NCBI GenBank assembly: GCA_020137815.1
Contig: CM035358.1
Location: forward strand, 1,054,001-1,118,000
From: Hormiphora californensis
Taxonomy: Eukaryota > Animalia > Ctenophora
DNA length: 64,000 bases
Direction of reading: 5' to 3'
How positions within the stretch are numbered: the first letter of the stretch is position 1; every line of letters begins with the position of its first letter. Made by a program: the position numbers and the translations under genes. The notes below the pieces were generated by a model. That model made no database searches, was not told the origin of the DNA, and saw nothing but the letters and a program-made list of their open reading frames with translations. Of the stretch, positions 24,173 to 37,000 are shown in pieces.

Positions 24173-27100
24173 ATGGGACTAATTGGGCGCTCATACATAG
24201 TCCTTGCTACATTATTTCTAGCAAATGGTAAGCAAGAACACCCTGAAATCCTTCACAGCCTCACTCACAACTGTTTCAGTTTTAAAATTAATAACAATGT
24301 TTCAGTTTTAATTTCTGTGTCTGCCAAGGATGCAGGGAAATTCTACTGTGACAATGGGCAGACAGTTATCCCGAAGGAGCGGCAGTGTGACACTTATATA
24401 GATTGTGACGACGAGACAGATGAGATCGGTTGTGATGTGTATGGAAGTAAGTTGAACGATTCATTCAGCGGTCTTACTAGTATGTAGATTGTGAAATCGG
24501 AACAAGATTTTTAATACTATCTTCTCTGGCTGCTAATCTCACTTTCTCTCTCACACATACAACCCAGAGGTTGTCGGTTCGAGCCCGGCCCTCGCCAGAT
24601 ATTTTTCTAATTTTCCTCCCTATTTAATTCTGAACAAGATCTCATCATTGAGATTGTGAAATCGAATTGGGATATCTCCAACATATCATTTTCTACAGCT
24701 ATAGTCTGCCCAATTTGGTAACTCACTTCCTCCCTACAGAGTGTTCCCTGGACCAACTACAGTGTAACGTGGACGAGACCCTGACCTGTTTCGATATCGA
24801 CTCGGCAGTTTGCACCTTGAGCCTTCTTAACAGTAACCCAAAGTGTGACGATCGAGAGGATGTTGAGCACTGTCGTAAGTTGGAACACGCGAGATCTTTT
24901 CAAAGTCTAGTCGAATGATTTTCACCTTATCATCTAGTTGAATGTCTCGTTCGCCAATGGTTTAGTTGATCATCTTTATTGAAACCAGAAGAAGCTATCA
25001 TTTCTACAGACTAGTTTCCATTTAATAAGTTCAATATATTTTACCAGGGTGTCCTATGAGCGGGGGAATCCATATGCCCATTAGATGTCCAAGAGATGGT
25101 CTTTGCTACGATGTTGGTATATTCTGTGACAACTGTGGATCGGATAAATCGTGTAAGTTTGGGTATTGGTAGTTTTTAGTACCCACCTGTTAATTTATGA
25201 TTGCACAAAGGATTATGAGAGTAAGCAGGTCTCTTTTTAGTGTACTACTTTCATTGGTAACGAAGTTACCCCTCCCTTGCCGGCGCGTGAAGCGGCCTGA
25301 GTGTGAGGTGTCTTCAATACCAACTACTTTCATTGGGCTAAATGTTGTAGAACTAAACATTGGTTTATGTTGGTCGAGCAAAGCAAGACAATGTGAAACT
25401 AAGTGATCTAGTTAGATTTAGAAGTTTTTTATCCTGGTAGTGCTCGATCCGGGGATACGGAGAGCTGAACTATTGTGACAAGTGAAACAAGGTTTTACAA
25501 AACCTTGTTTCACTTGTCACAATAGAAACTAAGTGTTCCAAACCCCAATGTCAGGTGACGATAACATAACCGTTGACGATTGTGCATCGGATCCAGACTA
25601 CTTTTCATGCACCAGTGTCCATGATGGAACCCCCACCTGTATGCCCATTTCCGCCCAGTGTGACTCTTATATCCATTGTCAGGGCGGCACAGATGTGAGT
25701 TCTGCTTAATTAGGCAATTAATTAGTCATTAATTAGGCAATTAATTAGTTCTGCTTTTTGTCATTAATCAGGCAATCAACCACCAGATGATCTAGACACA
25801 TAATCAATTGAACACAATTCAAGACTCAAGCAAGCTAACTCCCTAGGACCCTAAATTATGCAAAGCCCCAGAGGTGTTGACAGTGGATGGGATGCCAGAT
25901 GATTACTATGTAGGGGACAACATTACTCTCAAGTATGGAGTTATAGCATTCCCTAGACCAAAGGTATTTAACTGATTGTCCATGCTACCCGGCATATCAC
26001 TTGACATTGGTGACAACTGACAGTCCTAACTTCACTGTTTTCCAAAACTAACCTCTGCCCCTCCAGGTGATGTTATATCATTTCAACAAACTGGTGACTC
26101 TGCCAATGGAGAAAGAGGGGTGCACTGTGGACGTTGCGTGGGGTGAACATGAGAGATACGACGTATCCTATCTTATGGTAAGATTTACCACCGTCTGCCA
26201 ACGTGCAATATTCGTGCGGGAAAGTGGGAATATTCACCAATATTAACAAGTGTGTTCATATAGTTGACATTCACTAATATTAACAAGTATGTTCCTGCAG
26301 GTGACATTCACCAATATTAACAAGTGTGTTCCTGCAGGTGACATTCACCAATATTAACAAGTGTGTTCCTGCAGGTGACATTCACTAATATTAACAAGTG
26401 TGTTCCTGCAGGTGACATTCACCAATATTAACAAGTGTGTTCCTACAGGTGACATTCACTAATATTAACAAGTATGTGTATGGTACGTGGGATATAGCGA
26501 TGTGGAATGTAGTAAATGAACAATCTTCAGCGGGGTCCTCCTTTATGAGGAAAGTCACCATACCAACCATTGATATGAACTTTGAAAAGGGTAATTATCA
26601 GGAACCGACCTAAACAACCAATCAGAACTTTAGGTCACGTGACTGGTTATCAGCCAATCAGGGACCAGTATTTCCTGATTCGGTTGGTTCCTAGTAACTA
26701 TGGAATAATTATGAAGTTATTAATCACTAATTATAGCCGATAGCGGTCATAGCTCTTGATTTAAAAAGTCTCTGAGTAAAGGAGGAGTAATACCCTCTCT
26801 CACCCTTTCTCCCTAACTAGGTTGGCCCGTGATAGAAATGACAGATATTGATGGGAAGGAGCCTGAACTGGGAGGCAATGAGGTTGTATTAGTATCAACT
26901 GACAGTCTTGTTATAACTTGTGAGGCATCCGGGGTCCCTACTCCTACCATTCACTTCTGGTAATTAGTAGTCGGAGATAGATCCTTCTGGTGGATGTAAT
27001 GGTCGGTTCTCGAACTCGAAATTACCAAAACCTTGAATATTTCATGAACAACCTGATAAGAAACTAACAAAAGCAGTTTCTGCAGTGACCAAATGGTAAC

Positions 27101-27972
27101 CAAATGGTAACCAAATGGTAACCAAATGTTAAATGTATGGTAAACATTTATATCTGGTAACTAAACGGTAACGGTTCTACTCTTTAGGAGGGACGATAGT
27201 GAAGTTAGAGTCAGATGAGTATTTCAACATAACAAGTGAGGAGACAAGTGAGGATGAGATTACATCCACTATCACTCTACTAACCAAATATGAACACACG
27301 TAGGTGAAATATTTTGTGTGTCTTATTATTTACCATTTTCATGTCTTGTTCAGATTGTATCACGCGGCCGATAACAGTACTGGTCAGGAGCCGACCGATT
27401 CATGAAATACTGGTCCCTGATTGGCTGATTACCAGTCACGTGACCTAAATAACGAGTTCTGATTGGTTGTTTACTTGTTTCGGTCATTTCCTGGTACTGG
27501 TACTGTTTGAAGAACTGTATGAGCGCTACAAATTCTTGTTATAACAGCTGTTATTACTGTTTCAGGTCAGGCACATTTTCCTGTTCTGCTTCTAACGATT
27601 TCAAGGAGGTCACAGCAACTCATACCGTCACAGCAACAGGTCAGTGGTAGATCTGGGGGCTCTCCCTCTTATCTGAAAGTGACTGGGAGAGTGAAAGAGG
27701 TAACATCTCAACATGTTGAAATGTTACCATGGTAACATCTGAACACACCTGACTCTCTCTTTAGTTACCATGGTAACACCCTGACTCTCACTTTAGTTAC
27801 CATGGTAATACCCTGACTCTCTCTTTAGTTACCATGATAACACCCTGACTTTCTCTTTAGTTACCATGGTAACACCCTGACTCTCTCTTTAGTTACCATG
27901 GTAATACCCTGACTCTCTCTTTAGTTACCATGGTAACACCCTGACTCTCACTTTAGTTACCATGGTAACACC

Positions 27973-28050
<78 letters not shown>

Positions 28051-31000
28051 AGTTACCATGGTAACACCCTGACTCTCTCTCTTTAGTTACCATGGTAGCA
28101 CCCTGACTCTCTCTCTTTAGTTACCATGGTAAAACCCTGACTCTCTCTCTTTTTAGTTACCATGATAACACCCTGACTTTCTCTTTAGTTACCATGGTAA
28201 CACCCTCACTCTCTCTTTAGTTACCATGGTAACACCCTGACTCTCTCTTTAGTTACCATGGTTACACCCTGACTCTCTCTCTCTTTAGTTACCATGGTAA
28301 CACCCTGACTCTCACTTTAGTTACCATGGTAACACCCTGACTCTCTCTCTCTCTCTCTCTTTAGTTATCCAGACTCCAGTGTGGACAAGTGTTAACCTCA
28401 ATGGAGAGAGTGAGACAGAGATCTATATTGAAGCCAACAAAGATGCTACAATCGACTGTAACGCTACTGGAAACCATACACCAAGGTATGATTGAGCTAA
28501 CCCGCCTTATATTACTTTGTCCTTATATTACTTTGTCCTATGAAAGGCCAAAAAATACCCAATGCATTTTCAAAGTTTCAAGATGTGTATCTTTGGTGAG
28601 TATTTTCCTAGAAAATCCTAACTGCTGGATTTGTTATACCCCAGCTTCCTAAAAGCCCACCAGTGGTCCAAACTCAATAATCTGAACATCTGTGGTATTT
28701 TGTGTCGAGATAATTAGGTCACCCACAAAGAATTTGTTGGTAACCATGCCAACCAATGGTTCGTTAATTCGCTTACTTTAATGTACTACGGCCCCGTGGA
28801 GCTATATTGTATCTACACAGCTAACATCACATCATCACAGCTAGCATCTCTTTAGTCTTTTCCAGATCATCTTTCAACCACCCAATCCTTCTATTACCCC
28901 AAAATTCAACCCTTATTTACCCCCCCACCTCCCATCATGATCTCCTCATACTGTAACCCCACTACTAACCCCACTATTAACCCCACCTCCCAACCCCACT
29001 ACTAACCCCATTACTAACCCCACTACTAACCCCACCTCCCAACCCCATTACTAACCCCACTACTAACCCCACTACTAACCCCACTACTAATCCCACTACT
29101 AACCCCACCTCCCAACCCCATTACTAACCCCACTACTAACCCCACTACTAACCCCACTACTAACCCCACTACTAACCCCACTATTAACCCCACCTCCCAA
29201 CCCCACTACTAACCCCACCTCCCAACCCCACTACTAACCCCATTACTAACCCCACTACTAACCCCACTACTAACCCCACCTCCCAACCCCATTACTAACC
29301 CCACTACTAACCCCACTACTAACCCCACTACTAATCCCACTACTAACCCCACCTCCCAACCCCATTACTAACCCCACTACTAACCCCACTACTAACCCCA
29401 CTACTAACCCCACTACTAACCCCACTACTAACCCCACTATTAACCCCACCTCCCAACCCCACTACTAACCCCATTACTAACCCCACTACTAACCCCACTA
29501 CTAACCCCACTACTAATCCCACTACTAACCCCACCTCCCAACCCCATTACTAACCCCACTACTAACCCCACTACTAACCCCACTACTAATCCCACTACTA
29601 ACCCCACTACTAACCCCACTATTAACCCCACCTCCCAACCCCACTACTAACCCCATTACTAACCCCACTACTAACCCCATTACTAACCCCACTACTAACC
29701 CCATTACTAACCCCACTACTAACCCCACTACTAACCCCACTACTAACCCCACCTCCCAACCCCATTACTAACCCCACTACTAACCCCACTACTAACCCCA
29801 CTACTAACCCCACTACTAACCCCACCTCCTATGACTCGCCAGGGTTGGTATTTACTCTGTCGATGAAGATGGGACACTTCACATAGTTGCGGGACCTTCA
29901 GACAGCACTCTCTCCCACTACTAACCCCATTACTAACCCCACTACTAACCCCACTACTAACCCCACTACTAATCCCACTACTAACCCCACCTCCCAACCC
30001 CATTACTAACCCCACTACTAACCCCACTACTAACCCCACTACTAATCCCACTACTAACCCCACTACTAACCCCACTATTAACCCCACCTCCCAACCCCAC
30101 TACTAACCCCATTACTAACCCCACTACTAACCCCATTACTAACCCCACTACTAACCCCATTACTAACCCCACTACTAACCCCACTACTAACCCCACTACT
30201 AACCCCACCTCCCAACCCCATTACTAACCCCACTACTAACCCCACTACTAACCCCACTACTAACCCCACTACTAACCCCACTACTAACCCCACCTCCTAT
30301 GACTCGCCAGGGTTGGTATTTACTCTGTCGATGAAGATGGGACACTTCACATAGTTGCGGGACCTTCAGACAGCAGTCAAAGTGTAGGTTTAATGGACAA
30401 TAAGTTCCATATAAAAAGTCTTCCTTTTTGCCATATAATATGGCTGATTTGTGAGACTTGGAACATGGGAAATAGTAGCTATCTACTAATTACCATATAC
30501 AGCGTTTATATCGGTCACAGCTCCAACGTTCATTATCTATAACACCTTCTCTGTGTTCAGTTTACTGTAAATGTAGGGGATGTGAGGAAGCTGCACTACA
30601 GGTGCAAGGCGTTTTCAAGTGTTGGTTCTAAAACAGCTACTATCAGTGAGGATCTCTTCATCAATGGAGTTGGTAGGTTTTATTAACCCAGTGCAGTGGG
30701 AGGTTTTATTAAGTGATAGAGACTGGTGGGGTAGTAGGATTGTGAACCTATAATGGAGTCAGTAGGTCGTCCCCTTGTTTTAGGAGTTCAGCATAATTAT
30801 AATCTTCAATAATCTCCCTCCAATAATCTCCCTCCAATAATCTCCCTCCAATAATCTCCCTCCAATAATCAAGGTGATATTTTGATTGAAACGGTGCCTG
30901 ATACTGATACTGTAACTCTGATGGAGGGGGGTGATTTCTCTGTTTCCATCTCTGTTGACATGAGTCGTGATGATGATGACTGGACCTATAGGTACATGAA

Positions 31001-34000
31001 CCAAATACGGGGGAGTTTGAAATGTCCATTTTTCAAAATATTTAGTCTAACACCTCGGCTTTTCTTGCCTAGCTAGACTGTGTTTCGCGCCCCCGCCCCC
31101 TTGACAACTGTAAAGGGTTAGGGAGGGACCCGGAGGATTAGAACATAACAAGGCATTTCAACCACTATATTCATTTCAAAACGTGTCACACAGAGTACTA
31201 ACCGCTTTCTATCCTCCAGTTTAATATTCCTCAACTACGAGTTACTTGAAATAGAACTTGAAGCGACGGATCTCGTCCAAAGTGGATCTGTACTGTCACA
31301 GGTGGGAATTGATATTTTAAAATCTCTCAGTTAATTAAACAATTAAAATGTACTAATTAACGCGCTAACGCGCTAATTAATGTGCTAATTCCCACGTTAA
31401 TTAACATATTTCCACAGACAGTTAGTATTCCTGGTAGTGTTGACCTGGAGGACAATGGAGTGATGAGGATCCGAACAAATAATGGTTTCCATTCTGCTAC
31501 TAAGACAATTAAACTCGTTGTAAACGGTAAGGGTTGTGAGGGAAGCAGAACTGCTAACCAACAATAATACTCAGTAGTTTGGACTTTGGTATGACCTAAA
31601 GAACCGAACACGCTTATTAGGCGCCCCAGCCGTAGCAAGGCCACACACCAATCAGTTTATGCAGAGCATGTTACTTCAGACGCTCCAGAAAGACCGTGGT
31701 CAACCACTGTTGACACCGAGCAGCGAGAGCCGCACGGTGTCGACAGGGGTTATCACACTACTCCTGGCATAAATCAAATTCTAAGGTTTATGTTAAGCTT
31801 GGTTACGAAGTTACCCCTTGCCAGCGCGCACAAAGGTCGCCCAGAGTGTAAGGTGTCTTCGATACCAATGTTAAGCTGAATCAGGTAACGTTTTTGCCTT
31901 TGAGATTACATGGTGTTATGAGCTGGGAAAATACAAGAATCCGTCTTAATACGTCAAGTAAATCAAATGAGTTAATCACAAAACTATTTCAATAGTTTCT
32001 GTTTACTTTCCCTCAAAATTCTAAAACTGCAACGCGGCTTCCAATGTACAACACAAAAATTTGCGAATAGCCAAACTATTCTCACTCGAAGTATATTGAT
32101 TTCTTTCACCAGAAACAACTTCATTCGCTTCGATAATGTTGGAATACTCCTCATCACTCGTATCACACGTTGCCTTGTCAATGGAGTGAAGAATGTCGTA
32201 TTCGCTAAACTGCCGTTTCCTTCGTGGCTTCACGGGCCGGTCTTTCTTCGCCCTACAGATGTTTCGGGCGAGATTTGCCACCCGATATACCATATCGATT
32301 GCTCTGCAGGTCCTGGTGCAGCCTCCAGGTTTACACTCTGCCCCTTCCAGAAAGGCGAGGTAAAAGTTTTCCAAAACATTATCCTCTTTCCAGCAAAGAT
32401 TATCGAGAATTGAATACCGGAATTCCTTTAAGTAACAGGAGTGGAGTTGGTCCTTTGTTTTCTTGTGTTCCGAGTTTTTGAGTTGTAAGGAAAATTAAAA
32501 TCACAACTTACACTTCGTTGGTAGAACGACTTGAGGATCCACAAAGCTGGATTTAGTTCATATACGTCATCGTGTAAAGAAGTAGTCCACAGGGAGTTCC
32601 CGGAGCAGTAGTAGGCTCGGTAAACTTTAACGAAAGCAAGTGCCTCCGACGGTGTTAAACGGATTTTTTCGTGGTGTTTCGTTGAACCAAAATGTTGCAC
32701 CGAAAAGATACTCAGCAAAAGGAAGATACACAAGGCAGCCATTACGATTAGGAAATAAGTTAGTATCTAAATAATAGCCCCGCTGTGCCACGATTTTCGG
32801 AGTCATCACAGTCGACCGTAGTACATACTTATCTACTTTGTAATAAGATACAAAAATCACGATAATTACGCAAACAAAGCCTTCAGTAGCACTAAGCACA
32901 AGAGATTATATGCACCAGGTGCTTTGTTCCAGTGTGGTTTTTCAACCTTTTTTCTCTCTGTATAGCTGACATCCAACTATTAATTCTCAATCTCGGAAAA
33001 GAGACGCTGACAAGCAATCCAATGGGTGTTCCTAGGCATTCATAGCTATTCCTTGTCATTTCTAGGAACCGTAAAACTTAAAAGCGTTCCGAGTGTTCGT
33101 AGTCTATTCTCCGTGTGCTCTGTGGGTGTTCCGAATAGTTCCTTGGCATGTCAAAGAAGAAAAATTTCTGACCTAAACAGTAAACCGATGTGTTTTCAGC
33201 GGACCCTGTAATAAAAGAGGACCTGGGAGGTAACGTTACGGGAGTTATTGAAGCCAATATGAATTTCTTTGTTGAAGTCCGGGGTCACCCTCTACCTGAC
33301 AGTGTCACGTGGACTCTCAACTCTACCCAGATCACGGAGGATGATGTGTAAGTGTATTACTTGTTATGTTCTAACCCTCCTTTACATTTGTAAAGTGGAG
33401 GGAGAGAGAGGGTCGAACAAGCCAACGGTATTATATGGTAGTGTATAAATGTGAGGGGAGGGAGTAATTTTAGGAGATTCCTCGACAGTAATTATGCCAC
33501 CAGCCACCTAGCTTTTTGTTAAAATGTCCAACCGGGTAAGTATTTAGTAGTATTAGTAGTAAATATTTAGTAGGTATTTAGTTATATTACAGCTCCCCTC
33601 CCATTTCAGTGACTACAATATGACAAGGGAAGTGCTATCAGGATTCATGTGTCGCTACTCACTGCAAGTTCTAGACATTGATTATGACCATGAGGGAACC
33701 TATGAGGTCATCATTGCAGACGGTGTATCTGATAGTATCTACATGGATGTGATTAGTAAGTATAGGGGGTACTGGGTGGTTGAGAGTGGTTGAGAGTGGT
33801 TGAGAGTGGTTTAGAGTGGTTTAGAGAAAGATTTGGTTTGAAATTTGATTGTTTGGACGTGTGGTCTAACTATTTCGATAGTCCCACTACTATGTATATA
33901 TTTGAGAGGTTTGGGCGGAATTAAAGTATTGAAGTTTATTATTTTGCTAACCCCATTTCTCTCCCCCACAGATGACCCCTGTTATGACAACCCCTGTCAA

Positions 34001-37000
34001 AATGATGGCATCTGTTCTCGTGTCAATGGTACCAGTGACTATCAGTGTGCCTGTACTGAGAATTACAGTGGCAAGAATTGTGAGAGCAATGATTGGTGTA
34101 CAACGTGAGTACTGCATGTGGTTTTGATGTTGTAATTAATTAATAATAATAGTTAATTAATTAATTAATTACTAATTACAGTCAAACCTTGGTTTACCAG
34201 AACCTCGAGGTTTGACGGTTTCGTTTCCAATATCTTTTCACGTTTTTGGCTTAGTAATTGGGGCGAAATTCTGGATTCTAAACAATTGTGTTTTCCAGGG
34301 CTAACAATCTGTGTGTGAACGGAGAGTGCCACACTAGGGAGTATGATGTTAACTACGAGTGTGACTGTGACTTTAGCTGGGAAGGTACCCACTGTGATAT
34401 TAGGGTAGGTATGGGTGATGTGGGTGATATAAGGGTAGGTATGGGTGATGTGGGTGATATCAGGGTAGGTATGGGTGATGTGGGTGATATCAGGGTAGGT
34501 ATGGGTGATGTGGGTGATATCAGGGTAAATATGGGTGATGTGGGTGATATAAGGGTAAGTATGGGTGATGTGGGTGATACCAGGGTAGGTATGGGTGATG
34601 TGGGTGATATCAGGGTAGGTATGGGTGATGTGGGTGATATCGGGGTAGGTATGGGTGATACATTGCATTTTATTTTCACATTCGTCAAATATATTAGAAT
34701 TGGAGTTGTTATAGCCACGAAGTATCGAGGTTGCGCGATGTACAGTCAGTGTCTGACAAGCTCTGAGGGTCTGAATATCGTTCTGCTGATAATCCCCTTT
34801 CTCAGTACCTCATCCCCACAGATTGACTATTGTGATAGAGCGGGGTCAGTGAGGTGTGGGGTAGCTAAGGAGATTGGAGTGTGTGAGAATACCTATCTGG
34901 AACCTGACGGTTACAAGTGCTATTGTGCTCACTCCGCGGGGGGATCCTACTGTGATCTGGAACAGGTAATACATATCTTTGTTGAATCTTTAGACCGAAT
35001 CAGGAAATACTGGTCCCTGATTGGCTGATAACCAGTTACGTGACCTAAATAACGAGTTCTGATTGGTTGTTTACTTGTTTCGGCGGTTATATCTTCCGCA
35101 TTGAACAGCTCCGAGACTTTTATCTTTATATGAGTTTAATGATGAGTTTAATGACTATCTGTCCGAGCTAGTCTGCAAAACTGGATATCCCGTTCTGATG
35201 GGTGATTTTAACTTCCAAGTCCACGACACCCAGAACTTCTATGCCAAGAAATTACTTGCACTGCTTGACTCTCTGGGGTTTGATCAATTAGTTCCAATGC
35301 AACCCACCCATGTTCGAGGAGGTACTCTTGATCTCTTGCTGTGCCAAAAAGACAGAGTTTCCAAAGTTCAATCAGTGACAATATTTCCAGAAGGGACAAC
35401 TTCGGATCACTTTATGGTTTTAGCTGATCTGTTAATCGAGACTACTAGAAGTGAATACAAAACCCGTGAACAGATTGACACATACAGGGATTTTAGGGCA
35501 GTTGACCTGGAACTGTTCAGGCGAGCTTTTGGAGATGTGGATTGGAGTGCGGTGATGGAGTCTAAATCTGCTGAGGATGCTTTGGCTGCTTATTCGAGGA
35601 TAATCGACGATCTTGTGGAGAGGACTGTCCCACTGAAGAGGAAAAAGAAGAAAGGGGCGAAGATAAAGCCATGGAGAGATAATCCAGAGGTGCGTGAGGT
35701 TCTTCGACTACGAAGGAAAGCCGAGAGGGCTTGGGAAAGCAACAGAACTAGTATAACGAAGAAGCAATTCAATGACCTCAAGAGACAGTTTGGACGTGTG
35801 GATAAAGAGGCGAGAATGAAGTATGTGAAAGATGATCTAGAGGAATCAAGGGATGACCCAAAAGCACTTCAGAGGAAGCTCAGCCGCCTTCTTGGAAACA
35901 ATGAAACCTTTCTACCAGAAACAAGTGATAAGAGGAAGCTAGCGGATGATTTTGGTGACTTCTTTGTTGGAAAAGTTGAGAGGATCCGAACTACTGTGTT
36001 AGAGGAGCAGAACCAGAGGACAACGAGGAATGTTTTACATCAGACCCCTGTCTGTTGTTTTGAAAAGTTTGAGGAAGTTTCCCCAGAGAAACTAATCAGG
36101 ATTATCAAAGATATGCCTGACAAGACCTGTGATCTTGATCTCATACCTACGTGGTTGGTGAAAGGTTGCATTGATGAGCTAGCCACCGCTTTGTGCAAGT
36201 TTGTAAACCTATCACTCCAGTGTTCCAGCGTTCCTGATATTCTTCAACAAGCATTGGTTTTTCCTACGATTAAGAACCCCCATGGGGACAAAGACTCCTT
36301 ATCCAACTACCGTCCAGTCTCCAACCTACCGTTTATCTCCAAATTACTGGAAAAGGTTGTCCTAGAGCAGCTGAACTCATACCTCAATGAGAATGAGTTA
36401 CTGAACAAACATCAATCGGGTTATCGGGTGGGACATAGTTGTGAAACACTCCTGATGGGTATGTTTGATGATTTACTACGAGACCTTGATGAAGGAAAGG
36501 TCACGGGCCTCTTTCTTTTAGACATGAGTGCTGCCTTTGATACAGTGGACCATGGGAAGCTGCTAGAGACTCTGGAAGGACGTTTTGGAGTGAAAGGCTC
36601 TGTGCTGGATTGGTTTGCCAGCTATCTACAGTGTAGGAATTACCGAGTTAATGTGGAGGGGGAGCTTTCGAGGATCATCACGCTGATATGTGGAGTTCCA
36701 CAGGGGTCACTGCTTGGGCCGGTATTGTTCTTGTTGTATGTCGAGGAGCTCCAGGACTTGGTTAGACCCTTTGGTCTGAGGATTAAGCTATACGCCGATG
36801 ACTCTCAACTGTACATCAGTCTTGTGCCTACTGACGAGGATGGTTGGAATGCAGCGAAGGAGAGGATTGAGGAGTGTCTTTCAAGTGTGAAACTGTGGAT
36901 GAGTGATCACTGGCTTAAGTGTAATGAGGCAAAGACAGAGTTTTTACTGTTAGGTAAGAGCAGTGCTCTGGATAAGATGGTCTTCCAGCCCACGGTAAGC

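Noticed and set aside
24561-24597. tRNA-like 3' half (GGTTCGAGCCC...CCA)
   Set aside because: No 5' half or D arm; at most a tRNA-derived SINE fragment
29343-30293. GLVV/GVSS repeat ORFs
   Set aside because: Translations of the 12-bp minisatellite with frequent frame changes
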